From: a virus
Taxonomy: Duplodnaviria > Caudoviricetes
Strand: one strand, 5' to 3'
DNA: 62,412 bases
Virus record (IMG/VR): IMGVR_UViG_3300042344_000078
Span: 1-62,412 of that record
The position numbers and the translations under genes are program-made. Under the pieces are notes generated by a model. It did no database searches, had not been told where the DNA came from, and saw only the letters and a list, made by a program, of their open reading frames with translations. The first letter of the stretch is position 1. Every line of letters starts with the position of its first letter. Shown here piece by piece: positions 1 to 7,764 of this stretch.

Positions 1-77
1 TATAGGCTCGACCGCCGATCTGTGCGACGCGGCGCATGAAATATTTTTCGATGTCTTTCTCTAGCATAAAAAGTCTC

Positions 78-106
78 TTGACATACCCGTAAAGAAAAGT
101 CTAGTG
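78..106 (+). promoter_or_regulatory. Putative sigma70-type promoter
   Basis: TTGACA at 78-83 with a weak -10-like CTAGT downstream, just before the ORF at 130. Confidence 0.4.
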
Positions 107-129
107 TCGAATCACTGAAAGGTAAGGTA

Positions 130-1215
130 ATGACACACAGTAATATCGTCGGCGGCTCGTCCGCAAAGCGTCTAATTAAATGCCCTGGCTCTCGTAAGTT
201 AGTGGCGGAATTACCCCCTAAACCGACAAGCAGTTACGCGGAAGAAGGTTCGCGTCTGCACGACGCCATGCACATGATCTTGTCGCACGGCGCGAAGGTC
301 GACGACTACACGGATAATGAGAAGATTATCCTAGCGCTTGACGCGTTGAATGAAATCGACCCTAATAACGAGTTGGAGTTTGCCACAGAGGTTAACGTTC
401 ACTTTGGAGGCTTCCTTGCCGGAGTTTTTGGTAGTTGCGATCTCGCTGGCCGCATACGCAATCGCGCGATACTGCTAGACTGGAAGTTTGGAGACGGCGT
501 TGCTGTCGACGCAGAAGAGAACGAACAGCTTATGTTCTACACGGCGGCCGGTATGCGCACGCCAGAACTGCGCTGGGTGTTTGAGAACGTCGACGAGATC
601 GAACTAATCATCGTGCAGCCGCCGTATGTAAAGCGCTGGGTGACGACGCCCGGTCGCATAAAAGCGTTTGAGCGCACGCTGTATGATGCTGTGCAGCAAT
701 CTTTCAAGCCCGACGCGCCGTTTGCCGCTGGTGATCATTGCCGTTGGTGTTCGGCTAAGCCTGTCTGTCCGTTGCTTACAGGTAAACTTGAGCGCGCCGT
801 TGCGACTAAAGTGAAGGCGATTGACCCGGAGAAAATGCAACATGCTTTGGCGATGGCGATACTTGCGGAAGAATGGGCTAAAGGCGTTCGTGAACTGGCC
901 CAGACGATGCTGGAAAATAACGCGCCAGTGCCGGGGTGGAAACTCGTGCCCAAACGGGCCACTCGCCAATGGGCTGATCCTGTTACGGCGGAAGCGACTT
1001 TTAATGAAATGGGATTGGGTTTCACGGAGTTCATGGAATTAAAATCGCCGGCACAAATCGAAAAGGCGCTTAAAAAGCGTCATATTGCGATGCCGGAAGG
1101 TTTTACCGTTTCCATGTCAACAGGTAACACGATAGCGCCGGAGAGCGATCCCCGTCCTGCCGTGCTTACAATAGGCAAGGACATCCGTTCTGCCTTCTCT
1201 AAGCTAAAGGTCTAG
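130..1215 (+). CDS. DUF2800-like Cas4/PD-(D/E)XK exonuclease
   Basis: N-terminal GGSSAKRLIKCPGS, EGSRLH, GSCD...LDWKFG nuclease motif, NEQLMFY, C-terminal HCRWC..KPVCP cysteines. Confidence 0.85.
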   Translation: MTHSNIVGGSSAKRLIKCPGSRKLVAELPPKPTSSYAEEGSRLHDAMHMILSHGAKVDDYTDNEKIILALDALNEIDPNNELEFATEVNVHFGGFLAGVFGSCDLAGRIRNRAILLDWKFGDGVAVDAEENEQLMFYTAAGMRTPELRWVFENVDEIELIIVQPPYVKRWVTTPGRIKAFERTLYDAVQQSFKPDAPFAAGDHCRWCSAKPVCPLLTGKLERAVATKVKAIDPEKMQHALAMAILAEEWAKGVRELAQTMLENNAPVPGWKLVPKRATRQWADPVTAEATFNEMGLGFTEFMELKSPAQIEKALKKRHIAMPEGFTVSMSTGNTIAPESDPRPAVLTIGKDIRSAFSKLKV

Positions 1216-1217
1216 TC

Positions 1218-1844
1218 ATGTCTAATATTGTGAAGTTCGGCAACGCCAATCTCCCCACCGCTGCGTCTCTGGCTGAGTCGCTGCGTAAACTCGATACTGA
1301 CGCTGGCGTCGGTTCGGTCATCCTGAAAATGGATAAGACCGGCCATTGGGTTTACGGCGCGGATCAGACTGAGATCGACAAAGACGGACGCTGGGCGGTC
1401 AATCCGTTCTCGTTCGTCCACGGTTTCATCGCGTGGGGCGAAGGCGAAGTGCTTGGCGAGAAGATGGTGTCCATTACGGAGCCGCTTCCCGAACTGGACG
1501 TGCCCCCGCCTGGCGCTAAGCGCGGATGGGAGCCGCAGGTCGGCATGAGCGTCAAGTGCCTCGACGGTGAGGATGCTGGCACGGAAGCCCGCTACACGGT
1601 CACGTCCGTTGGCGGTAAGCGCGCTATGCACCAGCTTGCCATGAAGGTTGCCGATCAGGTCGAGAAAGATCAGGACGCCCCTGTGGCCGTCGTGAAACTC
1701 GGCTCGGAATATTATCAGCATAAGTCCTACGGTCGCGTCTACACTCCGGTGTTTGACGTGATCGAATGGATTTCGCTCGACGGTGCGCCAGCCGAATCGG
1801 TCGATGGCTCTACCGCAGACACTGGCCGTCGTCGTCGCGGCTGA
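1218..1844 (+). CDS. Putative phage ssDNA-binding / recombination protein
   Basis: Follows a DUF2800-like gene as in many phages; YQHKSYGRVYTPVFDVIEW motif. Confidence 0.55.
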   Translation: MSNIVKFGNANLPTAASLAESLRKLDTDAGVGSVILKMDKTGHWVYGADQTEIDKDGRWAVNPFSFVHGFIAWGEGEVLGEKMVSITEPLPELDVPPPGAKRGWEPQVGMSVKCLDGEDAGTEARYTVTSVGGKRAMHQLAMKVADQVEKDQDAPVAVVKLGSEYYQHKSYGRVYTPVFDVIEWISLDGAPAESVDGSTADTGRRRRG

Positions 1845-1852
1845 TGATAGAG

Positions 1853-1880
1853 AGGCGGCGGCTTAGGCCGCCGTCTTTTT
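1853..1880 (+). terminator. Rho-independent terminator
   Basis: AGGCGGCGGC-TTAG-GCCGCCGTCT stem followed by a T run. Confidence 0.8.
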
Positions 1881-1892
1881 CTGGGAGAGCCG

Positions 1893-2162
1893 ATGACTGA
1901 CTATACCGACCTAATCGAACGGCTGCGCGCTCCCGTGCCGACTGTCTATGACTGCAAAGACGCCGCCGACGCATTAGAGGCGCAGGCACGACGGATTGCG
2001 GAGTTGGAAAAGATGCTCGCCGTGCATCGTCTGGCGGTTGACGTTGACGCCTTAAAAGCCCGCATCGCGGAGTTGGAAGCGGAGAACGAAGAACTGAAAA
2101 AGGCAATTTCTAAACCGTGGATGGGTTCTGCCCGCGCCGCTTATCTGGGAGAGAAGGAATGA
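1893..2162 (+). CDS. Array gene 1, modular coiled-coil small protein (MTDYTDLIERLR...ARAAYLGEKE)
   Basis: 89-aa ORF, RBS GGGAGAG upstream, ends in the 33-bp junction repeat. Confidence 0.85.
   Translation: MTDYTDLIERLRAPVPTVYDCKDAADALEAQARRIAELEKMLAVHRLAVDVDALKARIAELEAENEELKKAISKPWMGSARAAYLGEKE
2130..2162 (+). repeat. 33-bp junction element R1
   Basis: GCCCGCGCCGCTTATCTGGGAGAGAAGGAATGA; identical at 2426 and 2803. Confidence 0.95.
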
Positions 2163-2458
2163 CTGACTACACCGATTTAATCGAACGGCTGCGTGGGAAC
2201 GATATGCCTTGGTCTGTCAAAGACGCCGCCGACGCATTAGAGGCGCAGGCGGGGCGGATTGCTGAGTTGCGTAAAGAAGCTGACATGATGCACAGCGAAT
2301 ACAAGACAGCCCGCGCCCGCATCGCGGAACTTAAAGCGGCGCTGAAGCCGTTTGCTGACAAGGCGGATAAAGCCGAAGGCCCGTTTGAGCCGCCGTATCC
2401 TGTGGACTATTCGTTATGGAGAGCCGCCCGCGCCGCTTATCTGGGAGAGAAGGAATGA
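2159..2458 (+). CDS. Array gene 2 (99 aa, MTDYTDLIERLRGNDMPW...ARAAYLGEKE)
   Basis: ATGA overlap with gene 1; RBS inside R1. Confidence 0.85.
   Translation: MTDYTDLIERLRGNDMPWSVKDAADALEAQAGRIAELRKEADMMHSEYKTARARIAELKAALKPFADKADKAEGPFEPPYPVDYSLWRAARAAYLGEKE
2426..2458 (+). repeat. 33-bp junction element R2
   Basis: Identical to R1. Confidence 0.95.
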
Positions 2459-2835
2459 GTGACGACTTTATTGCGCTGCTGCGCGACGAACTTGCGGAAA
2501 TGGCGTCAACCGCTTCCGTCGATATGGAATTGTGGAACAGGTTTTCAAACCGCGTTCTTAAAGCCGCAAACGTCATTGAAGAACAAGCCGTCCGCATTGA
2601 GGACATCGCAGAGAAATACAACAACGCTCTATTGTCGCCTGTTACAGAGAAGATGCTGAAAAACGCGGTTGAAGAGATTGTTCAGTTAAAGGCGGCGCTT
2701 AAGCCCTTCGTTGACATGGCAGACGAGTATGACGCCGCTTTTCCTCGGCCCTTGAATATTTGCCTTGCAGAATATCCAGAGGATTACCCTTTGTGGTGTC
2801 AAGCCCGCGCCGCTTATCTGGGAGAGAAGGAATGA
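2455..2835 (+). CDS. Array gene 3 (126 aa, MSDDFIALL...ARAAYLGEKE)
   Basis: ATGA overlap; RBS inside R2. Confidence 0.85.
   Translation: MSDDFIALLRDELAEMASTASVDMELWNRFSNRVLKAANVIEEQAVRIEDIAEKYNNALLSPVTEKMLKNAVEEIVQLKAALKPFVDMADEYDAAFPRPLNICLAEYPEDYPLWCQARAAYLGEKE
2803..2835 (+). repeat. 33-bp junction element R3
   Basis: Identical to R1. Confidence 0.95.
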
Positions 2836-3047
2836 GTGGTTTTGGTTTCGGAAAAGGACCGCCTTTGACGGCGGAACACCAAGCGGTGCATGAAATCCGC
2901 GCTGATGAAACGCTGGCGCTACGCGCCCGCATCGCGGAACTTGAAGCGGAAGTTGCTGACTTGAACGAGTGTCTTACCCTTGCCCACATGGACGGTTTTG
3001 AAAAAGGGCGTGACGCCGCCCGCGCCGCTTTGGGAGAAAAGGAATGA
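2832..3047 (+). CDS. Array gene 4 (71 aa, MSGFGFGKG...ARAALGEKE)
   Basis: ATGA overlap; RBS inside R3. Confidence 0.85.
   Translation: MSGFGFGKGPPLTAEHQAVHEIRADETLALRARIAELEAEVADLNECLTLAHMDGFEKGRDAARAALGEKE
3018..3047 (+). repeat. 30-bp variant junction element R4
   Basis: GCCCGCGCCGCTTTGGGAGAAAAGGAATGA: one codon shorter, frame preserved. Confidence 0.9.
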
Positions 3048-3208
3048 CTGAACCCAGATCAATAGAACTTGAACTTCGCTGGCTGCGCGCACGTTTTAAC
3101 GACGCAGAGTGGGAGCAAGATGAAGGGATGATGGCTTCACTCTCTTATCAAATCAATCGGTTGGAAATGCTACAATCCTTGGGCGAACGATTCGACGTAA
3201 ATCACTGA
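3044..3208 (+). CDS. Array terminal gene 5 (54 aa, MTEPRSIELELRWLRARF...), not in the ORF track
   Basis: ATGA overlap with R4, open to TGA at 3206-3208. Confidence 0.7.
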   Translation: MTEPRSIELELRWLRARFNDAEWEQDEGMMASLSYQINRLEMLQSLGERFDVNH

Positions 3209-3220
3209 TTTTGTTCGAAC

Positions 3221-3272
3221 TTGACACGCTCAACGTGTTGTGCAATGATCGAACTGTGAACAAATCACACAA
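3221..3272 (+). promoter_or_regulatory. Conserved phage promoter/leader motif
   Basis: TTGACAC-N12-GTGCAATG-ATCGAACTGTGAACAAATCACACAA; related copies at 5713, 56134 and 54601. Confidence 0.75.
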
Positions 3273-3290
3273 TAACTAAGAGGCAATACC

Positions 3291-4283
3291 ATGCGACCGA
3301 CTCAGTTAGAAGCTACTCTTACGGCTCTTATCTCTATCAATCGCACGACTACTATCGAAGGCGCACCCGGTGGTGGTAAGACTACCATTGTTCATGCCGT
3401 CGCCAATAAGATGGGTAAGCACTACATCGAACGGCATCTCCCTACGATGCTTGTCGAGGACTTTGGCATACCCGTTATCGGTGGCGATACGCTGACTTAT
3501 AAAATCCCTGACTGGTTTCCTTCCAAGGGTTCTTCGTGGGATGATGGTAAGGGCGGTGTGCTATGCTTCGACGATAGGAACCAAGCTAATGCAGATATTC
3601 AGAAGGTGCTGGCAAACATTTGTCAGGCTCGTAATCTGCATGGTGTTCCCCTTGCTGATGGCTGGACTGTCGTTTCTACTGGCAATCGGCAGTCTGATCG
3701 TGCTGGCGCAAACCGCGTTCTTAGCCATCTGCGTAACCGTGAAACGGTTATTGAGTTGGATACTCACTTGGATGACTCGACGCAGTGGATGATCGACAAC
3801 GCCGTTAAGCCAGAGGTTATCTCATTCCTTCGCTTTCGTCCCAACCTGCTGCATGACTTCGATCCGCAGCGTGATAGCAACCCCACGCCTCGCTCTTGGG
3901 TCGAAGGTGTTAGCGCAGTGCTTGGCGTTGTGCCTTCCGAGTCTGAGTATGAGTGCTTCAAGGGCGCAGTAGGTGAAGGCGCTGCGGCTGAGTTTGTTGG
4001 CTTCATGCGTATCTTCCGCAAGCTGCCTAATCCTGACGCTATCTTGCTTAATCCAGATAAATCCGATGTGCCTTCCGATCCGGCGACACTCTATGCCTTA
4101 TCGGGCGCTCTGGCTGAACGTGCGTCGGATGCTAACTTTGCTCGTGTCTGCACATATGCCGAGCGTATGCCGCCGGAGTTTTCTGTGCTGACCATTAGCT
4201 ATGCCGCCCGCAAGAACCCATCACTGGCTTCAACCCAAGCGTTTACGACATGGGCTGTTAAGCACCAAGACGTTTTGTTCTAA
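3291..4283 (+). CDS. MoxR-like AAA+ ATPase
   Basis: Walker A GAPGGGKT, Walker B LCFDD, STGNR sensor, PTPRSW. Confidence 0.85.
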   Translation: MRPTQLEATLTALISINRTTTIEGAPGGGKTTIVHAVANKMGKHYIERHLPTMLVEDFGIPVIGGDTLTYKIPDWFPSKGSSWDDGKGGVLCFDDRNQANADIQKVLANICQARNLHGVPLADGWTVVSTGNRQSDRAGANRVLSHLRNRETVIELDTHLDDSTQWMIDNAVKPEVISFLRFRPNLLHDFDPQRDSNPTPRSWVEGVSAVLGVVPSESEYECFKGAVGEGAAAEFVGFMRIFRKLPNPDAILLNPDKSDVPSDPATLYALSGALAERASDANFARVCTYAERMPPEFSVLTISYAARKNPSLASTQAFTTWAVKHQDVLF

Positions 4284-4711
4284 TGGGCTATCGTTCTGAT
4301 GTGGCGTTGGGGATTGCGTTCCCCAACAACGCCGCGCTGGTGTCGTTCCTAACAGCGCAGAAGCTAACAGGCACAAAGGAGATGCAGGAAGCGATTAAAC
4401 AGTTTGGTGTTACGCATATGTCCGCAGCCTACAAGGAATACGTTGTGCTGTGGGTGTATGAGGAACAAGTGAAGTGGTATCCAGACTACCCAGAGGTGAT
4501 GGCCTACAACCAGATCATCCAGAACGCCAAGGACTTAGACTATTCAACGATTGAAATAGAGATAGGAGAGGAAACGAATGACATAAAGTTTGAGGTTAAT
4601 CACGGCGAAAAATCAGACTGTGCCTGTCTATATGACTCGTTTGATATTCGGCGTGAAATAAACCGACCTGAAAGCTGGCAAGATATATCCTCGTTTGTCA
4701 AGGAGAACTAA
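4283..4711 (+). CDS. Hypothetical phage protein (MGYRSDV N-terminus)
   Basis: 142-aa ORF coupled to the AAA gene. Confidence 0.75.
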   Translation: MGYRSDVALGIAFPNNAALVSFLTAQKLTGTKEMQEAIKQFGVTHMSAAYKEYVVLWVYEEQVKWYPDYPEVMAYNQIIQNAKDLDYSTIEIEIGEETNDIKFEVNHGEKSDCACLYDSFDIRREINRPESWQDISSFVKEN

Positions 4712-4713
4712 CC

Positions 4714-5565
4714 ATGAACCTTAACGACCGTGCGCTGCTGGTGCAGCTTAACATTTCACAGTGGACGGCGCGCAAACATGACAAGCGCGCTACGGAGGAC
4801 GTTGCTGCGATGCACAACGCTGGCAAATCTGCTGGCCGGTATCACAAAGCGTTGCTTCCCATGAACGATTATCTGGATAACGTGCAAAAGAAAGCCACGC
4901 TGATCCGCACCCGTTACTACCAGAACACGTTGCCGTGGGCGATGGATGGCACTCAGATGCTTCCATCTGCTAATTACCTGTCGTTTATGACTGACTTCCG
5001 CAAACAGAAAGCGGAGTGGGAGTATGCCGTTGCGTTGTTTATCGACCACTACGATGACATGAAAACCATAGCCAAGCGTGTGCTTGGTTCGCTCTACTCC
5101 GAGGCTGACTACCCGTCGGAGCAAGAGATCATCCACAAATTCAAGATGGATATGGCTGTGTTTCCTGTGCCTTCCACTGACTTTCGTGTGCAGTTATCGA
5201 ACGATGAACTAAACCATATTCGTGGTGACTTAGAAGCTAGGCTTGCTACTGCACAGCAAGCGGCTGTGCGTGATGTGTGGGATCGACTGTTCGACAAAGT
5301 AAAACATATTGCTGACAAGCTGGCCGATCCCAAAGCTATCTTCCGTGACAGCATGGTGGAGAACGCCAAAGAATTGTGCGAACTACTGCCAAGGTTAAAC
5401 TTTACTGATGATCCGAACCTTGAGATGATGCGCGCAGAAGTGGAAGCCAAACTAATCGGCCATCATCCAGAGGCGTTGCGTAACAACCTTGACTTGCGAC
5501 ACGACACTGCGTCCGAAGCGAAAGCTATCATGGATAAGATGTCTGTGTTTATGAATGGCTTATGA
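4714..5565 (+). CDS. DUF3150-like helical protein
   Basis: 283 aa; TLPW, YPS and FRDS motifs typical of the phage family found beside AAA/VWA genes. Confidence 0.6.
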   Translation: MNLNDRALLVQLNISQWTARKHDKRATEDVAAMHNAGKSAGRYHKALLPMNDYLDNVQKKATLIRTRYYQNTLPWAMDGTQMLPSANYLSFMTDFRKQKAEWEYAVALFIDHYDDMKTIAKRVLGSLYSEADYPSEQEIIHKFKMDMAVFPVPSTDFRVQLSNDELNHIRGDLEARLATAQQAAVRDVWDRLFDKVKHIADKLADPKAIFRDSMVENAKELCELLPRLNFTDDPNLEMMRAEVEAKLIGHHPEALRNNLDLRHDTASEAKAIMDKMSVFMNGL

Positions 5566-5659
5566 AATACGATAGCTGCCAGTTTGCTATTGTATAGTCT
5601 CACCTGACTTGCATGGTGATCGAGTGGGACTCGAAAACTGGGAAACGAGGAAGCACTAA

Positions 5660-5704
5660 GAGTCGTCGCGGCAATCGCGTAACACGCTGCGGCGACTCAC
5701 TTTT
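5660..5704 (+). terminator. Hairpin / likely terminator
   Basis: GAGTCGTCGCGGC pairs with GCTGCGGCGACTC (two G-U), followed by ACTTTT. Confidence 0.55.
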
Positions 5705-5712
5705 CCGGCGAC

Positions 5713-5764
5713 TTGACACGCGCCGCAACGTCGTGCATCATCGGGCTGTGAACTGAACACACAA
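5713..5764 (+). promoter_or_regulatory. Conserved phage promoter/leader motif
   Basis: TTGACAC-N13-GTGCATCA-TCGGGCTGTGAACTGAACACACAA. Confidence 0.7.
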
Positions 5765-5776
5765 AGGACTAAGGCA

Positions 5777-6880
5777 ATGGACTTACTCAAGCGGTTATCG
5801 AAAGCCAAGACTGGCCTAATCCTAGAGCATCCCTTCATCGGATCGGTTGCCATTAACATGCCGTTCGAACTGGACGAAACCATTGCGACTGCTGGCACCA
5901 ATGGCAAGCGTGTTAGATTTAACCCTGCGTTTATTGAGAAGCTGACTGATGAGGAACTTAAATTCCTTGTCGCTCACGAGTGTCTCCATCCCATGCTCGA
6001 ACATAACTATCGCCGCAATGGACGGACTGCCAAGCGTTGGAATCAGGCGGCTGACTATGTGATTAACCAGCTTCTTGTCGATGAAAAGATTGGCAAGTTT
6101 ATCGACGGCGGCTGTCTCAATCAGGCTACCTATAACGCTGGCGGTGGCACCAGTGACGGTATCTATAACATACTGCCGGAAGATAACGGCGAAGGTGGAG
6201 GTGACATCGGTGGCGCTGGCAATGATCTGGAAGATGGTGAAGGTTCACCTGCCGAACAGGAACAACAAGCCGCAGAATGGCGTGTCAAAGTTGCCCAAGC
6301 CGCGCAAGCCGCGAAGATGATGGGTAAACTGTCGGCTAACATGCAGCGTTTTGTTGACGAAGTATTGCAGCCCAAGGTTGCATGGCAGGATGTGTTGCGT
6401 CGGTTTGTGCAGAAAGCCAAGACGGATCAGCGCACGTTCGCCCGCCCCAACCGTAGGTTCTTGGCGCAGGGTTTGTATATGCCGTCCATCACTGGCGAGG
6501 TTCTTGGTGAGATTGCCATTGCCGTTGATTGCTCTGGCTCTATCGGTCAGCGTGAACTCAATGAGTTTGCTACTGAAATCAAAGCCATGAAGGAAGATGG
6601 CAACCCGTCTGCGCTACATATCGTTTACTTTGACAGTGAGGTTAGTCACTACGATCACTATGGTCGTGACGATGAGGTTGTTATTGAGCCGCACGGTGGT
6701 GGCGGCACAGCGTTCAGCCCCATCTTTCAGTATCTTGAGCAAAACAATATTAACCCTGTCGCTTGTGTCGTGCTTACCGATTTGTATTGCAATGACTTTG
6801 GTGACACGCCGGACTACCCTGTGCTGTGGGTAACCAATGGCACAGACCAAGCGCCTTGGGGTGAAGTGGTTAAGATGTAA
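5777..6880 (+). CDS. DUF2201-like metallopeptidase + VWA domain protein
   Basis: HECLH (HExxH), WNQAADYVIN, MIDAS DCSGS, GGGGTAF, LTD. Confidence 0.85.
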   Translation: MDLLKRLSKAKTGLILEHPFIGSVAINMPFELDETIATAGTNGKRVRFNPAFIEKLTDEELKFLVAHECLHPMLEHNYRRNGRTAKRWNQAADYVINQLLVDEKIGKFIDGGCLNQATYNAGGGTSDGIYNILPEDNGEGGGDIGGAGNDLEDGEGSPAEQEQQAAEWRVKVAQAAQAAKMMGKLSANMQRFVDEVLQPKVAWQDVLRRFVQKAKTDQRTFARPNRRFLAQGLYMPSITGEVLGEIAIAVDCSGSIGQRELNEFATEIKAMKEDGNPSALHIVYFDSEVSHYDHYGRDDEVVIEPHGGGGTAFSPIFQYLEQNNINPVACVVLTDLYCNDFGDTPDYPVLWVTNGTDQAPWGEVVKM

Positions 6881-6892
6881 AGGGAGAGTGCA

Positions 6893-7105
6893 ATGGATTA
6901 CGAATCATTACGTTTGTTAGCTGCCCTTCTCTGCGGTCTGTGCTTAGCACAGACCGTGTGGATCATAGTGCTGCACTCGCAGCGCGACGAAGCTAGAGAT
7001 ATGGCAGGATTTGTAGCACAGGCTGTCGAGGATATTGCAAGAGGCAAAGCTAAAGCGTTCATGCACATGGGTCGTGTTCACATAACCAATGATATGGGAG
7101 AATAA
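6893..7105 (+). CDS. Small membrane protein
   Basis: Hydrophobic N-terminus, RBS GGGAGAG. Confidence 0.65.
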   Translation: MDYESLRLLAALLCGLCLAQTVWIIVLHSQRDEARDMAGFVAQAVEDIARGKAKAFMHMGRVHITNDMGE

Positions 7106-7107
7106 CA

Positions 7108-7752
7108 ATGGCCGTCGTTCGTATGTCTGATGATCTGCGTCGTAACATTGAATCTATGGCGCGGGCTTCCTTCGATGCTCGTATAGACACAGCTAACAAA
7201 AGCCTCGTCGTTCCTATGAGCGGAGATGAAATCTATAACCTAATGTTTGCCGATACCGTCAATGGTATGCTGGCATTGCCAGATGGTTATTTTAGAATGA
7301 GCGATACGTTTATTGTTAGCAGCGTAAATGGCGTGTCCATCCATTATGATTTTCATACGAGTCAGCCAATGCCGTGGCCGTATGATATTCCTACGAAGCC
7401 ACACTTTGCGAAGAACAATTCCTATGGGAACACAGTTCATATTGTGTTGCGTTTGAATGAATCCGGTCTGTGGGATAGCCTAGAAGCTGCGTTCAGAGAT
7501 TGGCATAAGCGTGTCAAAGACGTAGCCGATTCGCGTGACCAGTTTGTTAGTGGGGTGCGGGCGATCCTCAATAACAATACAACTCTTGGCGCTGCCATTA
7601 AACAGTGGCCCCCGCTGTGGGACTTTATCCCGCAGTATGCCAAGGACAAACACTCGCAGGTTGTTGAAAAGAAAAAGAGAGAACTGATTGAGAAGCCAGA
7701 GGTTGACACCGCAAGCCTGACTGCGATGGCTACATTTAACAAGATGGTTTAA
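7108..7752 (+). CDS. Hypothetical phage protein (possibly Nmad5-like)
   Basis: C-terminal TTLGAAIKQWPPLWDFIP resembles the T(L/V)xxxxxxWP motif of that family. Confidence 0.55.
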   Translation: MAVVRMSDDLRRNIESMARASFDARIDTANKSLVVPMSGDEIYNLMFADTVNGMLALPDGYFRMSDTFIVSSVNGVSIHYDFHTSQPMPWPYDIPTKPHFAKNNSYGNTVHIVLRLNESGLWDSLEAAFRDWHKRVKDVADSRDQFVSGVRAILNNNTTLGAAIKQWPPLWDFIPQYAKDKHSQVVEKKKRELIEKPEVDTASLTAMATFNKMV

Positions 7753-7764
7753 GGGAGAGTCACC

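Larger units (their letters stand above)
1970..6604 (+). repeat. Long direct repeat, copy 1 (4.6 kb)
   Basis: Matches 57778-62412 at offset 55808; I saw only two synonymous differences (1988 A/G, 2024 G/T); the ORF translations of both copies are identical. Confidence 0.95.

Noticed and set aside
2117-2832. Longer upstream starts in the ORF track (…PRRLSGREGM…) and possible frameshift fusion of array genes
   Set aside because: These extensions are the junction repeat read in the next gene's frame; the RBS and ATGA overlap point to starts at 2159, 2455 and 2832; no canonical slippery heptamer is seen.
2130-3047. 33-bp repeats as a CRISPR array
   Set aside because: The intervening segments are about 180-345 bp, variable and protein-coding; the repeat is itself coding; no cas operon is present (the Cas4-like nucleases are ordinary phage replication genes).
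1893-3047. Classical integron or diversity-generating retroelement
   Set aside because: No tyrosine recombinase or reverse transcriptase recognised; the element lacks attC-type dyad symmetry; differences between copies are not adenine-specific.
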